DNA of 57,883 nucleotides from a virus (Duplodnaviria; Caudoviricetes): IMG/VR virus record IMGVR_UViG_3300048631_000350, positions 1 to 57,883 of that record; one strand, 5' to 3'. Shown piece by piece: positions 57,723 to 57,883 of this stretch (position 1 is its first letter; each line of letters starts with the position of its first letter). The notes under the pieces were generated by a model. It saw only the letters and a program-made list of their open reading frames with translations, ran no database searches and was not told where the DNA came from. The position numbers and the translations under genes were made by a program.

Positions 57723-57883
57723 ATGCCGGAAGTTAGAGATAACAGGGCTCACAGCGATTTATCCAAGCACACCCCGATGATGCAGCAGTACCTGAAAATC
57801 AAGGGAGAACACCCGAACGAGATGGTGTTCTACCGCATGGGGGACTTCTACGAGCTGTTTTACGACGACGCTAAAAAAGCCGC
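57723..57883 (+). CDS. mutS: DNA mismatch repair protein MutS (partial, runs off the window) with phage-supplied N-terminus
   Basis: Translates as [53 protein letters not shown], with the HTPMMQQY and [11 protein letters not shown] MutS motifs. Confidence 0.96.
   Translation, partial: MPEVRDNRAHSDLSKHTPMMQQYLKIKGEHPNEMVFYRMGDFYELFYDDAKKA
57762..57783 (+). repeat. attR core TCCAAGCACACCCCGATGATGC
   Basis: Exact copy of 106-127, 46 bp downstream of the integrase stop. Confidence 0.95.

Larger units (their letters stand above)
106..57783. mobile_element. Complete temperate prophage integrated in the 5' end of mutS (unit length 57,656 bp)
   Basis: Bounded by an identical 22-bp direct repeat; contains int/xis, cI/cro, replication, Q, lysis, terminase, portal, capsid and tail modules in lambdoid order. 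Confidence 0.96.

Noticed and set aside
1-57883. CRISPR array, rRNA genes or IS elements
   Set aside because: No regularly spaced repeats, rRNA-like sequence or transposase motifs found

Overview
The window is an apparently complete ~57.7-kb temperate lambdoid prophage with podovirus-type (P22/933W-like) morphogenesis genes, integrated into the first codons of the host mutS gene. The host is a gammaproteobacterium; Marinobacter-like is a guess. A 22-bp att core (TCCAAGCACACCCCGATGATGC, 106-127 and 57762-57783) is duplicated. The native mutS start is left as a 12-codon stub at attL, and the phage supplies a new RBS and start codon overlapping the integrase stop at attR. Modules left to right: P22-like immI (ant, arc, mnt) and small membrane/lipoprotein morons; ejection proteins including a 2279-aa polyvalent protein; tail and head genes, with the major capsid gene split by a group I intron encoding a LAGLIDADG endonuclease; terminases; three fibre/lectin-like genes; an antisense methyltransferase moron with a sigma54-type promoter; lysis genes; pR'/Q/nin; primase and helicase behind an ~860-nt highly structured ORF-poor leader; cII/cro/cI; Red-like bet/exo; a C5 DNA methyltransferase; xis and int. 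All family assignments come from motif recognition by eye; no searches were run.
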